From positions 1 to 49,883 of the forward strand of contig JARBAW010000031.1 of NCBI GenBank assembly GCA_029237505.1: a stretch of DNA of 49,883 nt, read 5' to 3'. Each line of letters begins with the position of its first letter. The first letter of the stretch is position 1. The stretch is from Nitrososphaerales archaeon. Lineage in GTDB: Archaea; Thermoproteota; Nitrososphaeria; Nitrososphaerales; Nitrososphaeraceae. Both the position numbers and the translations under genes were made by a program. The notes beneath the pieces were generated by a model. It searched no databases. It saw only the letters and a program-made list of their open reading frames with translations, and had not been told where the DNA came from. Of this stretch, positions 9,396-19,167 are shown one piece after another.

Positions 9396-9809
9396 TTACT
9401 TCTTAAACTCCCTCATGAATTCTTCATAGATTGACTTCACCCTATCAGCTGCCAGTCCTGAGCCTTCTTCTATACCATGTTCGGTTACCTTAATCTTATC
9501 CATCACAATTATCGCCTTGACGTCATCTCTGATTTTTACGAGTCCTGGAAATACTCTTGACAAACGCTCTGCAAGACCCTTAAGATCGAAGGGCTTTTCA
9601 AGGAGCTTTATCTCCTTCACAAAAGTTCCATTTACAACAATCCTCAGTATTCCTTCACCTTCTAAATTTTCAAGAACAATATCCAATCTTTCATCGACAG
9701 CGCTTAAGGTCCCACTATAATTCTTGTCATAAGATGTCTCTATCAAAACTTTCTTTCCTACGAACTGTAGTATTTCTTCATAAAACTTCCTTATGGTTAA
9801 AGCAGACAT
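9396..9809 (-). CDS. Lsm/Sm-like RNA-binding protein with C-terminal extension (SmAP3-like)
   Basis: Sm1 GKKVLIET...YSGTLSAVDERLDIVLEN, Sm2 IVVNG and a roughly 65-aa C-terminal domain. Confidence 0.85.
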   Translation of the reverse strand: MSALTIRKFYEEILQFVGKKVLIETSYDKNYSGTLSAVDERLDIVLENLEGEGILRIVVNGTFVKEIKLLEKPFDLKGLAERLSRVFPGLVKIRDDVKAIIVMDKIKVTEHGIEEGSGLAADRVKSIYEEFMREFKK

Positions 9810-9925
9810 TTTTTCAACTAGGAATGTTTCCTAAAGTTCTATATATGAGTTTCAATAACGGTTTGGACTAGAGTCAATTTCAACTTTAGGCTCATCATTC
9901 TTCTAATACGACAAGCAAGTCATAT

Positions 9926-10285
9926 TCAACGTTTTTTAGGGAAGGTATTCAATTCGTTACTTTGACATCTCAAACAAGATTTTGCTTCTAGATTTCCAAG
10001 ATAACAAATGTAATAACATTTGCTACATTGTAAACGAGATATACCATCTCTAATTATTACCAGATTATCACGAAGTTCTATGAGTTTGGATGATACAAGA
10101 TTTTCCAATACTATTTTCAAATTTGAAGAAATTTGACTTGATTCTTCATTTCTATATCTGAGGTAAGTTTCAATCATATTTGTTGAAATACTTTGTACTT
10201 TTAATTGCAAAATTCCTTTGTTAAGATTTCTAAATAAGAAATCTCTAAAATACCATTCGAGTTCATTAGTTTGAGTCATACCCAT
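9926..10285 (-). CDS. Hypothetical protein, wHTH-like with C-terminal Zn ribbon
   Basis: CSKC...CLRCQS at the C-terminus. The LENLVSSKLIE segment resembles a recognition helix/wing. Confidence 0.65.
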   Translation of the reverse strand: MGMTQTNELEWYFRDFLFRNLNKGILQLKVQSISTNMIETYLRYRNEESSQISSNLKIVLENLVSSKLIELRDNLVIIRDGISRLQCSKCYYICYLGNLEAKSCLRCQSNELNTFPKKR

Positions 10286-10392
10286 ACTCTAAGCTCTACG
10301 CAATCCAGACGAATAAGAATGGAGTAGATTGAAATTTAGAGAAATTTAGAAACTATTTAAAAATAATTGATTAGTTAATTAGTTGAGTAAAA

Positions 10393-10992
10393 ATGCAATG
10401 GAATTTAAATAATTTTACCAAGTTAGCTTTTTCCAGGTTAATACAGCCATTTGGGGATAATCTTAACGATGTTGTAAAGATTACCAAGGCTTTTAGTTAT
10501 GCAGCTTGTGTTTATTCTGGTATATTCAGAAACGAAAGCCATGAACCTTACATCAACCATGCCATGAAGGTCGCACTGATCCTATCTGATGAGTTAAAGG
10601 TTCATGACGTAGATACAATTTGTGCAGCAATTTTACATGATGCTATCGAAAAAAGCAAAGAGGACAGCGCTGTTGTTGAAAATTTGAGATCAAATTTTGG
10701 GGATAGCATTTATGACACAATAAGGATCTTGACTGAACCAAAAACCAATGAAGAAAATAGAGAAAAACTGCTTGTCAAGTATTTTGAGAATATTTCTAAA
10801 GGTCCTAAGATGCCAAGATTCATCAAACTAGCGGACCGTCTAGACAACGCCCGTTTCTTGAAAAATGATAGAAAAAAGGAAAAGGCGCTGCGATATAAAG
10901 AAGAGACTCAAAAATACATTCTGCCATTAGCAGAAAAAACAGACGATACTATTGCATTAAAATTATCAATAGCGCTATATGAAATAAAATAA
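10393..10992 (+). CDS. HD-domain protein, RelA/SpoT-hydrolase (Mesh1/small alarmone hydrolase)-like
   Basis: EPYINH, AAILHD, IKLADRLDN and ETQKYILPLA motifs. Confidence 0.85.
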   Translation: MQWNLNNFTKLAFSRLIQPFGDNLNDVVKITKAFSYAACVYSGIFRNESHEPYINHAMKVALILSDELKVHDVDTICAAILHDAIEKSKEDSAVVENLRSNFGDSIYDTIRILTEPKTNEENREKLLVKYFENISKGPKMPRFIKLADRLDNARFLKNDRKKEKALRYKEETQKYILPLAEKTDDTIALKLSIALYEIK

Positions 10993-10998
10993 TCGAAA

Positions 10999-11106
10999 CT
11001 ACTTTTCTTCACACGACCCACTACTTGATCTCTTGTGTCTTAACCAATGATTCCCACAACCAAATAGCTTATGCTTTGTACATCCACAGATTGGACATTT
11101 CTTCAT
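10999..11106 (-). CDS. 35-aa Cys/His-rich microprotein
   Basis: Manual translation MKKCPICGCTKHKLFGCGNHWLRHKRSSSGSCEEK, with upstream AGGAG-like purine runs. Not in the ORF track. Confidence 0.55.
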   Translation of the reverse strand: MKKCPICGCTKHKLFGCGNHWLRHKRSSSGSCEEK

Positions 11107-11247
11107 AAGGTATTTTTCCTACTCCTACTTATCAAATTTTCCACTCAATCTTGGCAATCTGCTTGTTGTTATCTTAAGCTAAATTAGATTAGTTTGGTCA
11201 GAAAATCAAAAGAAAGATAAAAGCAAACAAATCAAGTATTTCACTGC

Positions 11248-11457
11248 ATGACAGAAAATTCTGTTAGACACATAGACACTTTAAGAGAGATGGATTCCAT
11301 GAAGAGAGAATATCAAATTCGATGTAGTCATTACGAGTTGGAATTATTCAAAAATGAAAACCGGATTACCTGTGTAATATGTGGCAAAAATTGGGCTTTC
11401 TTGGAAGAGAGGGGATATTCGCAGAAGAAACAAGCATATTCTGCAGAAAAGGATTGA
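11248..11457 (+). CDS. Small putative metal-binding protein (CxH...CxxC)
   Basis: CSH...CVICGK motif in a 69-aa ORF with an ATG start. Confidence 0.6.
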   Translation: MTENSVRHIDTLREMDSMKREYQIRCSHYELELFKNENRITCVICGKNWAFLEERGYSQKKQAYSAEKD

Positions 11458-11506
11458 TCAACTTGTTATTCGATCTTTCATTTAGAAATTTTGGCTTTGA
11501 ATTAAG

Positions 11507-12361
11507 GTGAAATCGATGAGCAAAAAATTCAGAGCTGCCGTAGTTCAAATGAAATCTTCAGAGGACAAAGAACGTAATTTGGCGTACTCCGTGAAATTAA
11601 TAAATGAAGCAGCCAAGAGAAAGGCACGATTAATTTGCTTTCCAGAATTTCAAATGGCATATTCTCCGGCCGAGCAAAGATCAAGATCGTTGCACAGGAT
11701 TGCAGAAAAAATCACCGGTAATTTTGTTTCAACATTATCGAATTCGGCCAAACAAAACAAAATAAATGTAATCGCAACAATGTACGAAATTATCAATATC
11801 AACGAAAAGAATCAGAAGGTTTTTGATACTGGTATAGTAATTAATGAATTCGGAAAGATCCAATCAATTTATAGAAAAGTCCACCTTTATGATGCGTTGG
11901 GATTCAAAGAATCTAAAAAGTTACTAGCAGGAAGTATTATTGAAAAACCAAGTAAGATGGATTTTGGAAATCTGGGATTGCTCATATGCTACGACATGCG
12001 ATTTCCAGAAATTTCCAGAATTCTAACTGTTAATGGTGCCAATATACTGGTGTCTCCCTCAGCCTGGGTGGCTGGATTTATGAAGAAAGTACATTGGGAA
12101 ATTATGGTTAGAGCAAGAGCAATCGAAAACGGTGTATACGTGATTGCACCGAATCAAGTTGGTAATATTTATTGTGGACATAGTATGGCGATCGATCCGT
12201 TCGGCGTCACCATATTGGATATGAAAAATCGACAAGGAATTGAATTTATAGATATTGATACCGCAAAAATAGATGCCACGAGAAGAACGCTTCCACTATT
12301 GATGAATAGAAGAACTGATGTATATCGAAATCATATTGATGTGTTTGGATCTAAATTGTGA
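11507..12361 (+). CDS. Carbon-nitrogen hydrolase (nitrilase superfamily, Nit1/YbeM-like)
   Basis: Catalytic triad motifs FPE, YRKVHLYD and ICYDMRFPE, plus RARAIENG. Confidence 0.93.
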   Translation: MKSMSKKFRAAVVQMKSSEDKERNLAYSVKLINEAAKRKARLICFPEFQMAYSPAEQRSRSLHRIAEKITGNFVSTLSNSAKQNKINVIATMYEIININEKNQKVFDTGIVINEFGKIQSIYRKVHLYDALGFKESKKLLAGSIIEKPSKMDFGNLGLLICYDMRFPEISRILTVNGANILVSPSAWVAGFMKKVHWEIMVRARAIENGVYVIAPNQVGNIYCGHSMAIDPFGVTILDMKNRQGIEFIDIDTAKIDATRRTLPLLMNRRTDVYRNHIDVFGSKL

Positions 12362-14475
12362 AGATTATCTGGTTCAGATAGATTTTCTCGGCAACTTCTA
12401 TTCACACATATTTTCCGTTGATTATTTCTTTTGAATATTACACTCAAAATTGGCCATCCACAAGTACAAACTCTGCTGTCTTTTTTAATCAAGCCAAATT
12501 GAGGAACTATCATGATTGTCTTACATCCCGTTACTCTAAATCTAGAACAGGCTAGAAATCGTTTTTTAGTCTTATTACTCTTGATCAAAACCATTTCCCC
12601 TTTATGACATTTTGGACATTTACCAAAAGAACTTTCAACTAGTGAAGTAGCAAGTACATTTTTTATCTCATTTCCAATCGCCATTTCATTTATTTTGATC
12701 TTGTCCAGAGGACTCATTAAAGATTCCTCCAAATGTTTCCGAAGGTTGATCATATCAAGTTCTCCTTCTTCTACTCTTTTAATACTAGATTCCAAGAAGG
12801 TAGTTAATTTTGTTGAGACAATATCTGGTATAAATTTTTTCATAGTATCCAGAATGGTAAATCCTAATTCAGTAGGTTCTAATCCAAGCTTGTCTTGCAT
12901 AATATACTTGCGTTTTATTAATAAATTGATTGTCTCAGCCCTAGTAGATTTTGTTCCAATCCCTTCTGATTCCATTTTTTCTAATAGATTGGCCTGATTA
13001 TATCTTGCAAGTGGTTTGGTAAAATCCTCCAACACAGTGACTTTATTTACTTGTATAGAATCTCCCTTGACCAGATGAGGCAAACTCGTTTCTTTGATAC
13101 TAAAATAGGGTTCGTAAAGAGGAATCCATCCGTAGTTTAGGATTGTATTACCTTTCGCAATAAAATCATGACCATTCAAAGTGATAATTACTTCGCTAAA
13201 ATTTGCCATATAACTGTCTCCAAAAGTAGTCAAAAATCTCTTGATAATTAAATCTAGAATTTTGTTCTGTGGTCCGCTTAGTTTCTTATGTTTCAAGCCT
13301 GTGGGATATATGGCTGGATGAGCTGGATCTTCGTCAATACCTTGATAAGGAACTAAAGGTTTTTGCATCAACAATTCCTGTATTTCGTTTCTGTCTACTG
13401 TGGCATAGTTTTTACTTAATAGGTTTAGAATTTTTTCATATCCAATGGAAGAAGGGAGTTTCTTACTAGATGTACGTGGATATGAAATGAGCGCTGCTAG
13501 GTAAAGAGATTCGGCGATGGAAAGTGTTACGGCCGGAGAAAGTTTGAATATTCGAAATGCCTCCTTTTGCAGGTCACTCAAGTTGAATGGTGTGGGCGGA
13601 TTTACCCTCTTAGTTTGGCAAAGTATTGTCTTGATTGTACCTTTTCCATTTTTGCACTCAGTTATTATTTTTTGCATTTCTGAAAATTTATGTATTGAAG
13701 TGTTCAGATTGGCGTGGAAAGAAGTGTTATCTTTCTGAAATTTTCCAGTGACATACCATACTGGATCTGGCACGTGTTTTCTGATCTTTATCTCTCTATC
13801 CACTACAAATCCTAAGGTAGGACCTTGAACCCTTCCAATGCTCAAATTGTAATATCTGTTATCTTGATTGGCAACACTCAAGCAATTAACCAATGCTCTT
13901 GATAGATTAATACCAAAAACAAAATCCACAAGATGTCTGGCCTTTCCTGCTTCAGCTATCCTGATGTCGGTTTGTTGCAAATTATTAAAAGATTGATTAA
14001 TTTCAGAATCGGTAAGAGAAGAAAATTTTGCCCTCCGTGACTGTTCATACTTGTGTTTACACGCATATTCGAGTATATTATAACCAATTAGCTCGCCTTC
14101 AAGATCATAGTCACATGCATGTATGAAGCCAGAGGCACCTTCAGAAATCATTGATATCACCTTCAAAGTTTCCAAGATTCTCTTTCTTTGGTTTGCAACG
14201 GTTGAATGTCTGGGAGACCATACAGTTTCGTAAATTGGATATTTTTTTCGATTTTTCTCCAGTGGAATTAGACTGTACATATGACCTAGCGCTGAACACA
14301 CGACAAATCGTTGATTCTTGTCCGATGTAATTTCAAAAACAAGAATACCTTGAGAATGTTTTTTCTCTATAATCTTTTTAGATCCCAATACTTGGGATAT
14401 CCTCTTAGCCGCCAGTGGTTTTTCACAAATTACAAGTTGATAACTATTGGCACCTGTAGCATTAACTTCTGACAA
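12331..14475 (-). CDS. topA: DNA topoisomerase IA
   Basis: Toprim CEKP, DYDLEGE, SIGRVQ, active-site ISYPRT, GIGTKSTR and C-terminal Zn ribbons. Confidence 0.95.
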   Translation of the reverse strand: MSEVNATGANSYQLVICEKPLAAKRISQVLGSKKIIEKKHSQGILVFEITSDKNQRFVVCSALGHMYSLIPLEKNRKKYPIYETVWSPRHSTVANQRKRILETLKVISMISEGASGFIHACDYDLEGELIGYNILEYACKHKYEQSRRAKFSSLTDSEINQSFNNLQQTDIRIAEAGKARHLVDFVFGINLSRALVNCLSVANQDNRYYNLSIGRVQGPTLGFVVDREIKIRKHVPDPVWYVTGKFQKDNTSFHANLNTSIHKFSEMQKIITECKNGKGTIKTILCQTKRVNPPTPFNLSDLQKEAFRIFKLSPAVTLSIAESLYLAALISYPRTSSKKLPSSIGYEKILNLLSKNYATVDRNEIQELLMQKPLVPYQGIDEDPAHPAIYPTGLKHKKLSGPQNKILDLIIKRFLTTFGDSYMANFSEVIITLNGHDFIAKGNTILNYGWIPLYEPYFSIKETSLPHLVKGDSIQVNKVTVLEDFTKPLARYNQANLLEKMESEGIGTKSTRAETINLLIKRKYIMQDKLGLEPTELGFTILDTMKKFIPDIVSTKLTTFLESSIKRVEEGELDMINLRKHLEESLMSPLDKIKINEMAIGNEIKNVLATSLVESSFGKCPKCHKGEMVLIKSNKTKKRFLACSRFRVTGCKTIMIVPQFGLIKKDSRVCTCGWPILSVIFKRNNQRKICVNRSCRENLSEPDNLHNLDPNTSI

Positions 14476-14636
14476 TTAAAATATTCTATAGGGGATATTA
14501 ATTTAGATTTTGGGTTCAGATAGAGCAACTGAGAAAGGATAGGAGCACCTCGCATTCCAGACTTCTTTGAAGCGTGGTTGTTTTCCACGTCTTTCTCGAA
14601 CATTTTTATATTCTCAAGATATTATTTTTCATATAA

Positions 14637-15794
14637 ATGGTAAATAATGTATGCGTTCTTGGAGCTGGAAGTACAAAATATGGTAAACTAAGTGAAAGTA
14701 TCATTGAGCTGGGACTTGACGCGGCAAAAAACGCTATTGATTCGGCAGGAATTACACCAAAGGATATCCAAGCAGGTTATATCTCAAATGTATTTGGTGT
14801 TGCTGACAAACAGGTACACATGGCACCTGTACTCATGAGCAACCTTGGGATTCCACATGTCCCGGGTTTAACGATTGAGTCTGCTTGCGGTTCAGGCTCG
14901 GTGATGTTTAGAGAAGCCTATGCAAACGTTGCTGCTGGTTTCTATGACTGTGTATTGGCCGTTGGTGTGGAAAAGGTAACACATACTGGAACTACTTTGA
15001 GTACCACACTTTTTTCATATTGTTCTGACTTCTTTTATGAAGGTGGCAATGGAGCTTCGTTTCCAGGGCTGTTTGCCTCAATTGCCAGGGCATATTTGCA
15101 TAAATACAAAGCAACCGAAGAGGACTTGGCATATGTAGCAATCAAGAATCATGAAAATGGATTGCTAAATCCAAAAGCACACATCAGGAAAAGTATAACA
15201 GTGGACGATGTGCTGAACTCGCCTGTTGTGGCATCTCCATTAAAGATTTATGATTGTTGCCCATTTTCTGATGGTGCATCGGCAGTAATATTATGTACTG
15301 AGGAATTTGCAAAGAAGGTTGGTAACAATTATGTAAAAGTCATTGGTTCGGGAAGAGGAGGCTCTCCGGCGGCCGTCCAATCAAGAGAAGATATCACAAC
15401 CATCCCTAGTACAATTATTGCAGCTAATCAAGCATACAAGATGGCAGGAGTAACACCGAAGGATATTGATTTCGCAGAAGTTCACGATTGCTTTACAATT
15501 GCAGAGATAATTGACATTGAAGACTTGGGATTTTTCAAGAAGGGAACGGGAGGAGTAGCAGCTAGAGAAGGAATTACTAAAAGAACAGGGGAGATTCCAA
15601 TTAATCCGTCAGGAGGACTAAAATCCAAAGGACACCCAATAGGAGCTACTGGTATAGGACAAGTTGTAGAAGTTTACGAACAATTTACTGGGAAAGCTGG
15701 AGAGAGAACAGTAAAGGATGCTGAAATTGCGCTAACGCATAACTTTGGTGCCACCGGGGCAAGCGCAGCAGTTCATGTCTTTCAAAAAATATAA
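14637..15794 (+). CDS. Thiolase (acetyl-CoA C-acetyltransferase, archaeal/SCP2-like type)
   Basis: ESACGSG catalytic Cys, EVHDCF, KGHPIGATG and THNFG. A TTTTTATA box at 14603-14610 suggests a leaderless mRNA. Confidence 0.93.
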   Translation: MVNNVCVLGAGSTKYGKLSESIIELGLDAAKNAIDSAGITPKDIQAGYISNVFGVADKQVHMAPVLMSNLGIPHVPGLTIESACGSGSVMFREAYANVAAGFYDCVLAVGVEKVTHTGTTLSTTLFSYCSDFFYEGGNGASFPGLFASIARAYLHKYKATEEDLAYVAIKNHENGLLNPKAHIRKSITVDDVLNSPVVASPLKIYDCCPFSDGASAVILCTEEFAKKVGNNYVKVIGSGRGGSPAAVQSREDITTIPSTIIAANQAYKMAGVTPKDIDFAEVHDCFTIAEIIDIEDLGFFKKGTGGVAAREGITKRTGEIPINPSGGLKSKGHPIGATGIGQVVEVYEQFTGKAGERTVKDAEIALTHNFGATGASAAVHVFQKI

Positions 15795-15809
15795 TCTTGG
15801 TGTATTGCA

Positions 15810-16196
15810 TTGGAAAAAAATTCTAGTACCCACGAAAGATTTATCCAAACAGCAAACAATGGAAAGATTCTTGCAAACAAGTGCAAAAATTGTGGAAAGA
15901 TAATGCTTGAGACAATGTATTATTGTAGCGGATGTTCCAAAAGCGATTTCGAATTTATTGAACTTCCTGGAATTGGTACAGTCGTAACACATACAATACA
16001 GGCGGTGGCCCCTGAAGGATTTGAGGACATAAACTCCTATGCCTGGGTCGTGTTCAAGCTAAACGACGCTCCTATTTCCGCATCAGGATTTCTGCCGGGA
16101 ATCAAGACACCTGCAGATCTTCCCATAGGCTCTACTGTGAAGGTTAAGGGATATGATGCAAAGCACGGACTAACTTTAGAAAAACAAGACAACTAA
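15810..16196 (+). CDS. DUF35 Zn-ribbon/OB-fold protein (thiolase partner)
   Basis: CKNCG...CSGC followed by GTVVTHT OB fold; directly downstream of the thiolase. Confidence 0.9.
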   Translation: MEKNSSTHERFIQTANNGKILANKCKNCGKIMLETMYYCSGCSKSDFEFIELPGIGTVVTHTIQAVAPEGFEDINSYAWVVFKLNDAPISASGFLPGIKTPADLPIGSTVKVKGYDAKHGLTLEKQDN

Positions 16197-16291
16197 GTTT
16201 TTCTTAAAGTCATATGGAGTACGACTTTATCTCATCTCACTATTTTAGAAATTGGTTTGTCCATATACTAGAAATTAATTAGATTAGCTTT

Positions 16292-16957
16292 ATGTTACTC
16301 TTTTGTCGACAGACACTGACAATTATTTTTACATTCATGCAAGATAATATTTTCTTGATGCAGCATAATACCCAGCTTCAGAACGACCTGTCTAATGCTG
16401 CTCAAGTTATTAGCAATCAAATTACAAAATTGAACAAGCTCTCAAAGAAATTTGAAGCAATGGATACTCACTTTAGAAAACAAATTGTTGAAAACATCAA
16501 AGGAGGTAACAATATACGAGCCAAGGCACTGGCAAGTGAACTCGTAAATATACACCGTGTTCACGATACAACAAGGAACATGATAATGTCTCTTGAGGTT
16601 GTAGCTCTGCGTTCAACCATAATAGGAGAATTTACCGTCATAATGGATACAATAAATCCAACAATAGATCTGATAAAGGATATAGAGAAAGACATTTCAA
16701 TGGTAATACCTACGGCACATGAAGTTTTGAATGATGTTACAAATGCTTCATCGGAAATTCTCAATTACAAAGTTGATCCGGAAGTAAAAATATCAATGCA
16801 CGTAGATGAAGATGCACTAAGAATTTTGAGTGAAGTTGAACAAAGTGTTGAGGAAGAGACAAGACAAAAACTACCTGATATACCTGCCACTATGAATGTT
16901 GTGAAAAACAAAAAAGAATATGATACCTTACTAGAGGAAAACGAAGTAATGATCTAG
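16292..16957 (+). CDS. ESCRT-III/Snf7 family (CdvB-like) protein
   Basis: Coiled coil, RAKALASELVNI, LEVVALRSTI, DEDALRILSEVEQ and KLPDIP typical of CdvB paralogues. The true start may be downstream. Confidence 0.8.
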   Translation: MLLFCRQTLTIIFTFMQDNIFLMQHNTQLQNDLSNAAQVISNQITKLNKLSKKFEAMDTHFRKQIVENIKGGNNIRAKALASELVNIHRVHDTTRNMIMSLEVVALRSTIIGEFTVIMDTINPTIDLIKDIEKDISMVIPTAHEVLNDVTNASSEILNYKVDPEVKISMHVDEDALRILSEVEQSVEEETRQKLPDIPATMNVVKNKKEYDTLLEENEVMI

Positions 16958-17058
16958 ATTTGATTTTTCTAATGCGTCGAAGGTAAATTGTTTTGTACTG
17001 TTAGTCAATAACTATTTACGACCCAATTTTAAATTATCTCAAGATAATATCGGGTGAG

Positions 17059-19167
17059 ATGGAGATAGAGGCGAGCCATGATCTTATAACTCAATCTGAA
17101 TCTAAGCCTACTGGAATTTTACAAGCGGCAAAAAGAGTTAGGATGATCTTCTCCGTGATGGCCAGTCCTAACAGAATAGATATTCTTCGCATTCTAAATT
17201 CCAAAGGTCCCCTAACTTATTCGGAATTGAAATCGTTGGCTGGTTTCAAGTCTAAAAAAGAGTCTGGGAAATTTGCTTACCATTTAAGGAAGCTTTTGAG
17301 GCAATCTCTTGTGGCACTAAATAAAGCAGAAAGAAGGTATACTATTACCAATCTTGGAAAATTAGTGCTTAGTCTGGCAAGACAAATCGAAGAGAGATCC
17401 ATTATCGAAAGCGGAAAAATGTATGTAAGAACTTCTAGACATTCAATTGAAGAATTTAATTCAAACAGGATAACTCAGTCGTTAGTCAGGGAGGCAAATA
17501 TGCCTCTTGAGCAGGCGCATAAGATTACCGAGGAGGTGGAAAACAAGGTTTACAAATTCCAAACTGTATATCTTACATCTTCACTTATTCGAGAGACCGT
17601 TAATTCAATATTGATAGAACACGGTTATGAGGAATTTAGATCAAAGTTAGCCAGGTTGGGTATTCCGGGATCTGATATCTCTGATATGTTTAACAATCCA
17701 TCATTAAGCAAGAATGGAGTAGAAGGTATTTTGTCGGAAACTTCTCTAGCTGTTTTTTCTGAAAACCTGTTGTTCAACTTGTTACCCAAAGACATAACAG
17801 ATATGCATCTGGCAGGCGAACTAAATATTTCGAACACTGGTCTTTGGAATCTAATGCCCGATACAGTATTTATTGATACACAGAGTATCATTGAAAATGG
17901 CTTAAACTTCAAAGGAAAATACTTGAATGTTTCAAGGGTTAGACCCATTCAGACACTCGATGATATCACTGCAGTTTTACCAGTGTTGATCTCGGTCTTA
18001 AGTCGAGAAACTTCAAGGGAGGTGATACTTGATAATTTTGTTTCTACCATTTCGCATAAGATCCAGGGGAGTGCTGAAGAAGTAGAATCGGCTTTTACTA
18101 GGGCATTTATTTCATCATCAATATCCAGATCGTATTCATTAGTAGGTTTTCCAGTTTTTACATTGCCTATTACAACTGAAGCCACATCAATGACTAGACC
18201 CATATTGGCAGCTTATTTGAAATATTTGGAGAACACGCCTTTACCCACCATTGCGATATCATTAGTTGGTAATGATAAAGAAGTGCTGAGCGCAAACGCA
18301 GATTTGATTGGAGAAATAGTCAAACATGGCGGTATTATGTCTATATCCAAGAACTATAGGAGTCATCTTGGAATTGTGAAAACTCAATCTGACGAAAAAT
18401 CGAGTTCAGTTGTAAGCTTGCATTCCTTAGCTATTAACCTACCCAGACTAGCCTATCAATCAAATAAGGACGAAACTTATTTCAGGGCTAGATTGGCATT
18501 AATGATTAAACCGGCAATTTCTGCTTTGCTAGCAAGAAAGAACTCTATATTGGAAATGATAAGAAGAGAAATGCTTCCAATAACAGCCAATATTACCCAA
18601 ATGATGCAATTGAGCAGGATGAACCTGGTAATCAATTTGACAGGAATAAGAGAGTCGGTATACAACATATTGGGACATGAATTCAATGGAGAAGAGATTA
18701 TCCAAAAGGTATTACATACAGCAGTTGAAGTAGCTTCAGATCAAGGAAAGCTATCTGGAGATGAGTCCATTCGAATAGCTATGATTACGGATGATAGTAG
18801 TTCACGATTAGCATCTCTGGATTCTGAAAAATACGGAAACATGTACGACCAATCTGATGACGATTCGATGATAAAGTCGTATTCCCAAGGGATTCTGATA
18901 AATGGTAGAGATCTACTTTTGAATTCCGGTCCCATAATAGAATCAAGTAACTCGATCGATAAATTACTAAATGGTGGAGTTTCACTTAGTGTGGACATTA
19001 GTGACCTTCCTGACAATGAGTTAAAAGATTGCATTGACAAGGCTTTTGATCTTAATTTCTTCAGACCTGTCTACAGAGGTAAGATATGTAGCTCGTGCGG
19101 TACAAGATCTCCGTTGTCATCTGAAGTATGTCAGAATTGCGGATCCACTAATTTTGCACAGCTATAG
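17059..19167 (+). CDS. wHTH (ArsR-like) + ATP-cone + degenerate class III ribonucleotide reductase (NrdD-like) fusion
   Basis: HTH: ASPNRIDILRIL...GKFAYHLRKL. ATP-cone: VRTSRHSIEEFNSNRITQSL...IRETVNSILIEHG. NrdD relics: HLAGELNI, INLPRLA, LNGG and terminal CSSC...CQNCGS. Confidence 0.85.
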   Translation: MEIEASHDLITQSESKPTGILQAAKRVRMIFSVMASPNRIDILRILNSKGPLTYSELKSLAGFKSKKESGKFAYHLRKLLRQSLVALNKAERRYTITNLGKLVLSLARQIEERSIIESGKMYVRTSRHSIEEFNSNRITQSLVREANMPLEQAHKITEEVENKVYKFQTVYLTSSLIRETVNSILIEHGYEEFRSKLARLGIPGSDISDMFNNPSLSKNGVEGILSETSLAVFSENLLFNLLPKDITDMHLAGELNISNTGLWNLMPDTVFIDTQSIIENGLNFKGKYLNVSRVRPIQTLDDITAVLPVLISVLSRETSREVILDNFVSTISHKIQGSAEEVESAFTRAFISSSISRSYSLVGFPVFTLPITTEATSMTRPILAAYLKYLENTPLPTIAISLVGNDKEVLSANADLIGEIVKHGGIMSISKNYRSHLGIVKTQSDEKSSSVVSLHSLAINLPRLAYQSNKDETYFRARLALMIKPAISALLARKNSILEMIRREMLPITANITQMMQLSRMNLVINLTGIRESVYNILGHEFNGEEIIQKVLHTAVEVASDQGKLSGDESIRIAMITDDSSSRLASLDSEKYGNMYDQSDDDSMIKSYSQGILINGRDLLLNSGPIIESSNSIDKLLNGGVSLSVDISDLPDNELKDCIDKAFDLNFFRPVYRGKICSSCGTRSPLSSEVCQNCGSTNFAQL

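Noticed and set aside
12331-12361. 31-nt convergent overlap of the nitrilase and topA 3' ends
   Set aside because: Short tail-to-tail overlaps are common in compact archaeal genomes.
17059-19167. Functional anaerobic ribonucleotide reductase (nrdD), or a pseudogene of it
   Set aside because: It has no glycyl-radical motif or catalytic Cys, so it is not a functional class III RNR. The frame is intact with well-preserved HTH and ATP-cone domains, so it is not a decaying pseudogene either.
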